A DNA stretch of 64,000 nucleotides from positions 310,001 to 374,000 of the forward strand of contig JAIVFI010000023.1 of the NCBI GenBank assembly GCA_025558095.1, read 5' to 3'. The notes beneath the pieces were generated by a model. It saw nothing but the letters and a program-made list of their open reading frames with translations. It did no database searches and was not told where the DNA came from. Made by a program: the position numbers and the translations under genes. Below are positions 1 through 9,974 of this stretch, piece by piece. Every line of letters starts with the position of its first letter. Position 1 is the stretch's first letter. This stretch comes from Hyaloraphidium curvatum SAG 235-1. Taxonomy: Eukaryota > Fungi > Monoblepharomycota.

Positions 1-2491
1 TCCGGCGCCCTTTTCCGCGCGCGCCAGTTCATCTCGGGTCGGGCGCCACCGATCGGAGACTGGAGACTTTCCAACGCGAAGAATGTTCACGGCGCCTTGG
101 CACGCGCGGTGGGAGCGCGGTGGGATGGGCGAAAGGTTCGGCCGACCATCGTCTGGCGACCGCGCTCGCCCGCGGTTGATTCTTTCCGCGATCCAGGTCG
201 ACTGTGCGCGGATTCATCCTCCTTTCCCCCCGATCGTCGTCACCGGACCTGATTACGTGACCTCGATAGCGCGGGCCCGTGGACTTGGCGTCTGGAGAGC
301 CGGACGCTCGAAGTTGCTGGACGAGTGTGAAGTGGAGCCTATTGCTGTGTAGGAAGGCCTCCGATCGCCCATCGGTTCGCCGTTCTAGCTTTCCACGTCC
401 ATCATCCGCCGAGATTGGCCGGCTTCGGCGCGTTCCGGGTACTGCGGGACCGTCCTCGTGTGTGAGCTGCTGCGCCTGCGAAAGAATCCGCGATACGACA
501 AAGATTTTGTTCCATCGCCAACCGTCGCGCATCCCACAACCCCTGGCCTCTCGCGACGTCTTTGAGCCCCGGAAAGCGTGGTTCTGCCCAAGATCAGCTC
601 CCTGCTTGCGCTGCTGGTCGCCGTCTGGGGCTGCTCTGCAGCCGCATCGCGACACGCGGGAACATGGTCTGGGGCGTGGCATCACGGCACGGCGTCGCAC
701 CCCTCATGGCGGCAGCCCGGGACCACGTCGAACAGGACCTTGTGCTTGCCATCTGCCTTGAGCACGCACGAGACGTCCTAACTGGCGTCGAACCGAGGGA
801 TCAGAATACCCGAAGCACGCCATTGCCGAGCAGGCACCGAGGCGCGGCGATCGCCTCGACCACTTCAGTGGTCTTCATCCCGCGCGAGTGTACGCAGAGC
901 AAGTTATACACCTCTACAGCGGTTTCTTGCCCTTCAAGCTCGAGAAACCCCCACAGGATTGATGATGCAGGTGCTTGACCGTTTTGGCTGGCAGCATTCC
1001 CTGCCCTCATCCACCGCCAACTCAATCGATACATCCATTCCGACATCCCCGATATAATATAGCACCCAAAAACTCGTGATAACCGGGCGGACATGGTCGG
1101 GAACGTGCTGTACTTTGCCCAGTCGTTTGTTCCATCACAGGGAGTCGCGCATCTGGACGATCCCTGCAGATACAAGCACTAGCAGTACAAGCAGTACACG
1201 CTTGCTTGTTGTCATCGCCCTGACTTGCAGAATGGATCTCAATCTCCATAGCTTTTGCCGTTCGGCCGGGCAACTCCGACCCTCCCCGAAGCATGGAGTA
1301 CGTACTTCCATGCTGGGTAGATCTACAATGGCGATAGTCAGCCAAAATGCTGTTACAGACATGCTGTATCTTTTTCGGGGCCCGTGGTGGCCGCAGCTTC
1401 TCACTTTCGGCTTGTCAAGTCGTTTCCGGTCCAACTCGCGCAATTCTAGCCGCCTGCGCGCCCCTCGGCAGAAGCGGGTTCCGCTTCAGCAAACTGCATT
1501 GTGCTGCGGTCATCCTGCGTTGGTAACCGAATCTGCATTGCATTTCCCTCGCCATGCTGCTTCATGCGTCACGCATTTTGCCACACGGCTCGAACCCGTT
1601 CCTGTCTGCGCCGTTACGTGCATCAGACCTGGACAAGGCCTCCCGATGCTCGATTCTGCTGTACCGTTATGTGGACGGTCCACCTCAATGGAGGGAATGA
1701 TGGCAGGTGTCATGATCAGGCGAGGAAAACTCAAGTTGTGGTTCAGAAATCCGAGCTACCGTCCCATCTATGCGTCTTGCTTGGTGCTGCACGCCTCCTT
1801 CGATTGCGTTGTAGGCACTTGGTTGATGATTTCTTCACGTTCAATGCGGCTGGAAGCAAACTCTGGGGCATGTCAAGACTCTGGTAACGTTGCCTACGAG
1901 AGGCGGAATTGGAGGCCATGAATACGGCACTTAACGGCAAGGAAGCCAGGAATCAGTCCCAACATGGATCATAATGACGCATAAAAATGGCTTTTTGAAC
2001 CGAAGCATCAGTGTCCAGTGTCTGTGCCGTAGCGAGAGTCAGCTTACGCTTCCACTTTGCAACATTCACAGCATCAATCACAATGACGAGCTTAGCATCC
2101 ACGTTTCCGACGGCTTCGGCTATCAGCGTAGGTTTCATGGCCCAACAGCTTCTCTCCCTCCCCAGCATGAGCAGGGAGATGCCGACTGTGACCTAGGTCG
2201 AATCAAGATCTTGCCATGGATCGCACCAGCGCGTGACAAGGTGCGTACCTCCTGCCACCGGCAATGGCAGTTTCAACAAGCCGGTTTGCTGTGCGTGATC
2301 ATCCTCGTCCAATAGACTGACGAGCTCCATGATCGCCGCGAGGAGGGGGGCTCAGTCTTCAAGCTGATGGAGTCAGGCATGGCCCTGTGCTGCGAAATTT
2401 TATTCAGCAGACCGAGAATTCCTCTCTGAAACGACGGTGGCGGCGCCTCGCTTTGACCCAGGCACAGGTGAGAGAAGGGTTAGTTGACTTG

Positions 2492-2778
2492 GTCCTCGGG
2501 CGGTGCTCGAGTGGTCCACGAGGACGTTCCCCGGCCCACGTCTACCGCTTCTGGTCCACGGCCACTGTTGACGGTCTACCATATGCACGAGTGGCCTACG
2601 CCGGGGTTTTCTGGTCTGCCAAACCTGAAGCGGTCCACGACTGCGCGAACAGTTCACGGAAACCTGAAGCGGTCCACGACTGCGCGAACAGTTCACGGAA
2701 ACCTGAAGCGGTCCACGACTGGGCGAACGGTTCACGGATGCCCCAAAATTGTCTACGGCGATGCGCAGGTGGTTCACC
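2492..2778. repeat. Phased array of about 14 short motifs, consensus GG(T/C)(C/T)(C/T)AC(G/C), one every 19-21 bp; includes a 3 x 39-bp tandem repeat at 2621-2737
   Basis: Motif copies end at 2520, 2540, 2560, 2580, 2600, 2620, 2639, 2658, 2678, 2697, 2717, 2736, 2757 and 2778. The 39-mer aaacctgaagcggtccacgactgcgcgaacagttcacgg occurs at 2621, 2660 and 2699 (third copy has 2 mismatches). Confidence 0.85.
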
Positions 2779-2808
2779 GCCGCTGTTTCCGACTCGTATT
2801 AGCGTGTT

Positions 2809-5259
2809 TCACGCGGAACCGACATTTCGCCGACCCCACGGGGCATCTATGGCCGCTGCCGCGCGCTCTACGGTGCTCCAGAGGGCGGCAAGGAGCCGGG
2901 GTCCGAGCTTCGCCTCGCGCGGACCGGAGCGCCAGGACTTGGGAAGCCGGAGATATCCTTCAAACTGCCGCCGGCCCCGCTCGTTGAGGCTGCTCAGGAA
3001 GCGCACGGTCGTGTCGCCCGAATCGTGCGAGTAGCCACACAGTGCCGCCGCACGAACAAAGCGATCCGCGACTATTGCGATCTTGGCGCCAACTGATGTG
3101 CGGACGAGTCGCAAGACTGCCCGGAGGGACGGCCAGGCCGCATAGCGCCCGTCTGACGCCCACGGCGGGGTGCGTGCGCCCGAGGCGTCGGCCGCCCAGT
3201 GATCGGACCACTTGGACCTGAGCCTTTCGATGAAGCACCGGATTCTTTGCATCTCTGGGCTGGCCGCGAGCTGTTCGCTGCTCATTAAGGAGAATTGGCG
3301 CACGGCGGGTGCGCAGTAGCCGGCCGCAGCATCCACGAGGTCGGAACAGAACTCAATCCAAGCCTCGTCGCCTCCCGCGACGAGATGACGGACAAGCGCC
3401 TGCAGCCTGGCATCGAACGTTTCCGTCGAGTTCATGCCGTCGAGCTCCACGGGGGCAGCGTAGGAAATGCAGAGGTCGCGCAGGACGGCCGCCAGCTGCG
3501 GCCCGAGGCTGTGCGTAAAGGCCACGCGGAGATGGTTCAGGTCGGGCACTTCTGGATCGGAATCCACATATCTCTCCTGCCGCTGATGGATGTCCCGAGA
3601 ACCTTGCAACTCTTCTTGCCCGGACGCCCACGTTCGGTGTGGCCCCAGCAGCAGGTAGCCCCTCTTGTCGCAGTAGGCTCGCGGCAACTCCAGCACGAAG
3701 GCCCTGTAGCAATCTACGGCAAAGCGGATGCGCTGGGGTGCCCTTGACCGCGTGTCTGGACGGCTGCTGACAGGCTTGCCCTCCACCAGGTAGGAGCAGA
3801 ACCGGTCGAGATGCTTCTCCGAAATCAGAGCCAGCCGGCGCAGCACGTTCCCATCCGGCGCGATGCGGGCATCGATGAGGGCGCGGCGGAACCTCCCCAT
3901 CCACGGGTTGCGGCCCAGCTTGATCACATCCGTCACCAACCAGGCGAGGTCGAGTTCGCGGGGCAAGGAGCGGAATGAGTCGCAGATCCCCACAACAGCA
4001 GCCGCATGGAAGAGGGGAGAAGCGACGCAAGGACAGTGCGACGCTAAAGTAGGTGCAGGCGACCCCGAGATGGGAGCTGTGTCGGCACCGGCATGCCGGT
4101 CAGGCCCCGCAAAGTCGGCCGCTGCGGCAACGAGGCGGACATCCGACCAAGGAACAGGCAATGTGCCCAAAGAAAGTAGCCCTTCGGCGGCAACAAGCCG
4201 GGTGTATTCGGCCGCGCTGGCCTTGAAACAGTGATGGAAAATCTTCGAAAGATCCATGTCCGCGACCGCATCCACTGCGCGCTTGATCGAGGCGATGAGC
4301 TCCTCCTGCGTGGACGGGCAATCGGCCCTCACGCGGTGCTTGGTCATGGCAAAGAAGATCTCTGCGGGATTGAACTGCGGCGACTGGGGCCTCATGTAGG
4401 CGAGCGAAAGGTTGTTGGCGGAAGCCACCTCCCTTACCGCCTTGAACGACTTGGTGTTGGAGCAGTCGCGGTAAGTGACGGTGCCGTCGCGGGCCTTGCG
4501 CTTCAGCAGTGGCGGTCCGTGGAACCAGGCATTGTCAGCAATCACCGTCAGGGGCGCCGCCGCCCTTTCGGCGCCGCTCTCGCTGCTGTTCACCGTCCTG
4601 AGGAAGCCTACGAACCGATCGTTGTCCGTGGTTCCGTTGTGGATGATGTAGGACACCACGCAGCCCCGGTAGTTGCCAGGCCTGGGCACGGCAGAGATGC
4701 ACACCGCAAGCGTCGTCTTGGTACCCCTGTGCAGCGGTCTCTCGACGACTGCTTCGTCGCCCTTGCGCGCGTAGCCGTACCTGGGCCCGTCGTTCAGGTA
4801 GAACCCCGACTCGTCCAGCGCGGCCCTGTTGGCTGGCTCGCTAGCGAGAATCTGCTAGTGGAAAGCAATGTGCCTCTCCGGCTGCGCCGCAGCCTCGGAG
4901 CTGACGTATCTGACCTTCTTCCGCACGATGCCCTGCCTCCGCAGCACCGTGGAGACGTGCTGCTGAGTGACGGGCACACCGAACCTGGTTTCAAAGTCCT
5001 TCGCCAGTCGCGCCTGGGTGACCGTGACCCGCTCCAGGGCCTCCTTGGCCAACCATGCGGCCCGTTCAGGAGTGACTTTAAAGCTGGCCGGCGCCCGGCG
5101 GGGCTCCTTTTCCTGCGGGGCAGCAGCTGCTTCGGCCTGCCAGCGGAACAGGGTGCTGCGATTGATGCCAAAGAAACTGCAGATGTTCGGGACGGGGATT
5201 TCGAGCCCATTCTTCATGCCGAGGGCAACTTCCCGACGGTCCACGAGATGCCGGGTCAT
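2809..5259 (-). mobile_element. IS630/Tc1-mariner superfamily transposase (HTH + DDE_3) with a long C-terminal extension, interrupted by an in-frame TAG at 4855-4857
   Basis: HTH segments ICSFFGINRSTLFRW and LAKDFETRFGVPVTQQHVSTVLRRQGIVRKK. In the same frame after the stop: LDESGF, IADNAWFH and YMRPQSPQFNPAE, typical IS630-type catalytic motifs. ORFs 4855..5550 and 2809..4704 share a frame. No terminal inverted repeats found by eye. Confidence 0.85.
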
Positions 5260-5513
5260 CCGCGGGAGTTGTGTTCGTGATAATACGCTTCCGCAAGGTC
5301 CTAGTCTCGAGGTGGAACAGTAAAAGTAGTTGAGTGTGTGGATGGTGCTGCGTGGAAAGTCCCTTGCCCAGCAGAAGACGCGCTGGCAGTCGCGGTTACG
5401 TCGCCCGAACGCCGAATGCCGGGCGCGGCCAGCTCGCGGAGGGGCCGTAGCCTTTAAGCCATCGGAACCGTCGGGCGTTTGCGGGCCTGCCCCGTCCCCC
5501 CTCCCGCCCCGCC

Positions 5514-6488
5514 ATGCTGCCGTCAAACATCCGGACGGGCCCCGCCCCATTCAACCCCTCGCGCGCGTCGTATGCCGCGCTGTCGCCCGACGGCTCGTTC
5601 GGGCTGCCGTCCAGGCGGTCGTCGCGCGGCGTCGGCCTCGGCGGCTACCTCAGGCGGGCGCTGCACTTCCCGCAGATGGACTTCGACCTGGCGCTCTGGC
5701 AGATGCTGTACCTGTGCATAGCGCCGCGGAGGGTCTACCGCAACATCTACTACCACAAACGTGGGCAACAGCCGGCTCCGGCACCCCGGCGGCCGCGTAA
5801 CGTGCCCCCGCCCCCGCAGAGACGAAGAACCAGTGGGCGCGGGACGACCCCGCCTTCGTCGTGCTCCTCTCCCTCTTCCTCTCCCTGTGCGCGGTCGCCT
5901 ACGGGCTCGTGTACAAGGTCGGCGCCGTCGGCATGCTGCGGCTGATCCTGTACATGGTCGGCGTGGATTTCCTGGCCGTGGGCGCGGTCGTCGCGACCTT
6001 CAACTGGTGGGTCTCCCCGTCTGGCACCCCATCCGCCCGCTGACGCCTTCCCAGGCTCGTGACGAACCGCATGCTGCTCCGCACGCCGCTCCATTCCACG
6101 GAGCAGTCGGTCGAGTGGGCTTACGCCTTTGATGTGCACTGCAACTCCTTCTTCCCCATGTCCCTGGTGACGTACGTGCTGCAGCTGTGCTTCATCTCCA
6201 TCGTGACGCGGGACGGGTGGCTGAGCGCGTTCGTGGCGGACACGATGTACCTGGCGGCGGTCGCGTGGTACTGCTACGTCACCTTTTTGGGCTACAGCGG
6301 TGGGTTTCAACTGGCGGTTCTTCTCTTGCCGCCTTCTGACCCCCGCCCCCCCCTCAGCCCTGCCGTTCCTGAAGCACACGACCCTATACCTATACCCCAT
6401 CGCCCTCTTCTCCCTCACGTACGTGGTGCTGCTGGTCACGGGCATGAACCTGGGCGCGATCCTGCTGCGGGCGTATTTTGGGCAGTAG
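5514..6488 (+). CDS. GMH1: UNC-50/Gmh1 family Golgi membrane protein (spliced, about 4 exons)
   Basis: Motifs QMDFDLALWQMLYLCIAPRRVYRNIYYHK, TKNQWARDDPAF and VEWAYAFDVHCNSFFP. Introns at about 5761-5819, near 6010-6055 and near 6300-6358. Confidence 0.92.
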
Positions 6489-6735
6489 CGGCGGCGGGAA
6501 CGAGGCCACTGTACATTGACGCACTGGAAAAATGGCTCGATTTCTGGAAGTGTCCGCTGCGGCCTTCGGTGTGAAATGTGATCTCCCCGACGGACGGTCG
6601 ACGCGACCAAACTTCCCCCCAAAGCAGAACCGTCCCCAGCCCTCTCCACCCCTCTCCCGCCCTCCTCACCCGCGCGCGGCGCTTCTTCTCTCCCGCTCCC
6701 CGCCGCCCCCGCCGCGCGCCCGCCCCCGCGCCGCC

Positions 6736-8465
6736 ATGGCCGCCACCGCGCAGCTCGCGCCCGCGCAGACCGTCGAGGAGGAGGAGGACGATGCCAACCC
6801 CGGCGGCCCGATGCCGGTCGAGCGGCTGGAGGTCAGTGTTGTCCCGCTGATGTGCCGGATGGCGGTTTGGAGCGGGGACAGCAGCGGAGGGGCCCGCGGG
6901 GCCCGTCGGTACGGGCGTCCCGGAGAGGGAGGGGCATCGGCACGCGGCGGGCCGGTGCCGCGCGAAGGATACCGATGGAATGTGCTGAGCGGCAGCGTTT
7001 AAAGCGGCGTGGCATGATTCGGGGCCGCTTGCGGGTGTTCTCGGGCGGACCGCTGACCCTCCCCTCCCACCGACCGGCAGGAGTTCGGCATCAGCATGGG
7101 CGAGATCAAGAAGCTCAAGGAGGCCGGCTTCGTCAGCATTGAGGGCGTGGCATACGCCAAGAAGGACCTGCTGACCAAGATCAAGGGCCTGAGCGAGGCC
7201 AAGGTGGACAAGATCATCGCAGAGGGTTGGCAACCCCCGCGCTCGCGGTCCGGCGAGATGCTGACCTTGCCGGCGTTACGCAGCGAGCAAGCTGGTGCCG
7301 ATGGGATTCACGACGGCGACGGAGTTTTACCAGCGGAGGATGGAGCTCGTGTGCATCCGCACGGGGTCGGTCGAGCTGGACAAGCTGCTCGGGGGCCGTG
7401 GGTTGCCTTGCGGATCCCTGGACTTGCCCGCTCATCCGAGTTCTACACAGATGGGGTCGAGACGGGTGCAATCACGGAGGTTTTTGGGGAGTTCCGGACG
7501 GGCAAAACGCAGCTGTGCCACACGCTGGCCGTGACCTGTCAGGTGGGTGCACCGCGCGCTCGCGAACAGCCGGCAGCCTCTGATGATCTACAATGCAGCT
7601 TCCGGGTTCGATGGGCGGCGGCGAGGGAAAGTGCCTGTACATCGACACGGAGGGCACATTCCGGCCGGAACGGCTGCTCTCGATCGCCCAGCGGTACGGA
7701 AGCCTGTCATTCCGCAGTCGCCTCTTTTCATGCCTTCATGCCATCTCCAGGTACAACCTGAACGGGGAGGAGGTTCTGGACAACATCGCGTACGCTAGGG
7801 CGCACAACACGGATCACCAGAGCGCGCTGCTGGTGCAGGCGGCGGCGATGATGCAGGACAGCAGGTAATCCGCCTCCGCAATCAAGTGGCCTGTGGGCAT
7901 CTTCTGACTGCGTCTTGTACCAGATACGCCCTTCTCGTCGTCGATAGCGCGACGTCGCTGTACCGCACGGACTACGCCGGACGAGGACAGCTCGCGGACC
8001 GGCAGGTGCACCTCGCCAAGTTTCTGCGGATGCTTCAGCGGCTTGCGGACGAGGTACTCCATCCGGTTCTCGAAGCGGCGTCGCGAAGGCTGACCGTTCC
8101 GCAGTTTGGCATCGCCGTCGTCATCACCAACCAGGTCGTCGCCCAGGTCGACGGCGCAGCGGGTATGTTCAACGCCGACCCCAAGAAACCCATCGGCGGC
8201 AACATCATGGCTCACGCATCCACCACCCGGTAAGCCCTGACGGCCTCGGTTCCAGCGGTGTAGCACTGACTGCTGCGACCCAGTCTCTACCTCAGGAAGG
8301 GCCGCGGCGAGAACCGGATATGCAAGATCTACGATTCACCCAACCTGCCGGAAGCCGAGTGCGCATTTTCGATCACGGTGAACGGGATCGACGATGCAAA
8401 GGAGGTGAGCTTTGGTTCTGCCCAGTCGCCGGCGTGCCTCGGCTGATCCGCATCCCACCAAGTGA
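6736..8465 (+). CDS. RAD51: DNA recombinase Rad51 (multi-exon)
   Basis: [21 protein letters not shown], Walker [61 protein letters not shown] and CKIYDSP. The GNIMAH motif fits Rad51 rather than Dmc1. Confidence 0.96.
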
Positions 8466-8613
8466 TGGAGCTGGCTCGGACTACTAATGAATTGTATTGC
8501 TTTACGTCATACTACTTCTGTCTTTCTCTCCCGCCTCGATCGCAGCTGGCTCTGCGTGAGGGTCCTCGAATCTTGGTGGCCGAGAAAGCCAAACAATCCG
8601 CGCAAAATCCAAG

Positions 8614-9147
8614 ATGCCGTCCCGCGCCGTCTCCCTCAGCAGCCTCTCCTACTGCAACGAGAACTTGTCTTCGAAGTCGGGCCGGCTCCGCACCCGGGGC
8701 AGCGCGGCCTCCCTTGCTCGGCCTCGCCTGTCGATCAGCCTGGACAGCCTGGACTCGGCCGACTCTGCTCGCGCGGCCAAAGCCAGGGCCCTGAGCGGGC
8801 CGACCCAGGCTTCCGCCGAAGTGCAGCAGCCCATTAAGAAGCGTCGGCAGCGGAACCTGCTGCTGCGTGCGGGGCCCGGCCCGCGCGAAGCGGCAGCGGT
8901 CCTGGAGGCCGGGAAGCCGGCTAAGCAGCCCCGCAAGGCCAAGATTTCCTCGGCCGTCGCCCAGGCCATGCAGATGCTTCAGCAGACGGCCATCAGGACC
9001 CGGGATGAGGACGATGAGGTGCCCTCGCCGGTGCGGAGCGGCACCGCGAGGGTGGAGCGCAGCGACAGCCTCAGGAAGCTCAAGGACGAGGGCTCCGCGG
9101 TGCGCTCGCTGGCCAAGATGATGGACAGGGGCGGGAAGGCCCAGTGA
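8614..9147 (+). CDS. Hypothetical basic, Ser-rich protein (177 aa)
   Basis: Single ATG-initiated ORF with coding-like codon usage and an NLS-like KKRRQR. No family recognised. Confidence 0.5.
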   Translation: MPSRAVSLSSLSYCNENLSSKSGRLRTRGSAASLARPRLSISLDSLDSADSARAAKARALSGPTQASAEVQQPIKKRRQRNLLLRAGPGPREAAAVLEAGKPAKQPRKAKISSAVAQAMQMLQQTAIRTRDEDDEVPSPVRSGTARVERSDSLRKLKDEGSAVRSLAKMMDRGGKAQ

Positions 9148-9974
9148 AGTCTGAATTTTGAAGCTCTCGTGGAAACCTATGTCGTATGCAAGTTGTTTCA
9201 TTGGCGCAGTTGTCATTGATGTCGTTGTCGCTTAATGCAATGTCTCTGTCTTCCAAACGCGGGCTGCAATCCATGCTTGAATCGACTCTTGCCCTCTCCG
9301 GATTGAAGTGGATTGAGACGACGGGTGCCGAAATCAGCAGGATTGCGGGGGGCCTCTCGTGGCCGATCATTGGGGCCAGGATTTGCTTGCTACAATTACT
9401 GGATCCACGTAATCAGCCGCGGTGAGTGCACAGCCGGGATAGCCGTCCGTTTCTCCAGGGTTTCGTTTGTCGCAGAGAGCTGTCGACGATGGACCGCGAA
9501 CCACGTTTCCAGGCGGCCAGGAAGTCATTTGCCATGAGAACCACCCGCCTCAGCTTCAAATCCAAATCCATTTGACGTCAGGTATCGGCCCATCTTGTGC
9601 TAACTCGTAACTCTCTTCGTTTGTGCGTTCTTTGGACGGAGTGTCTCCCATGCGGTCGATCTTGCCTCTCGAAGATCCTCCGGAAACGCTTAGGAAACAC
9701 AGAAAGCTAAGACGAGCCATGTAAAGTGCGGATGTCCCTCAGAAAACGACCCGACAATGGCGAAGGCAATCTATCAAGATGCTCCACCTTCTGAGATGGC
9801 CCTGAGTGCGCGAGTTCGCGTCAGGTGCGAATGCCGGTGGAGAGGTTCATTCTCTCCGCTACATTCAGAAAACTCCCAGCGACATCGCTTTGTGGAGCGG
9901 CGTTGCCTCCTGGACTTCATATCTGGCGTAGAAGCGGTCGATTTGCGTCGTGGACCGCGAACGCTCCGGGTGGA

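Noticed and set aside
2621-2737. 39-bp repeats as a CRISPR array
   Set aside because: The units are head-to-tail with no unique 25-45 bp spacers, there are no cas genes, and the context is eukaryotic.
2809-4230. Transposase C-terminal extension as a Fanzor/TnpB nuclease
   Set aside because: I see no RuvC-I (GxDPG), RuvC-II E, CxxC zinc finger or RuvC-III (RD.NAA) motifs.
2481-5335. TAGTTGA direct repeat at 2481 and 5327 as a target-site duplication
   Set aside because: IS630/Tc1 elements duplicate TA, the internal ends are not inverted repeats, and a 7-mer match is plausible by chance.
6736-8465. DMC1 identity for the recombinase
   Set aside because: [19 protein letters not shown] and MGFTTATE are Rad51-type signatures.
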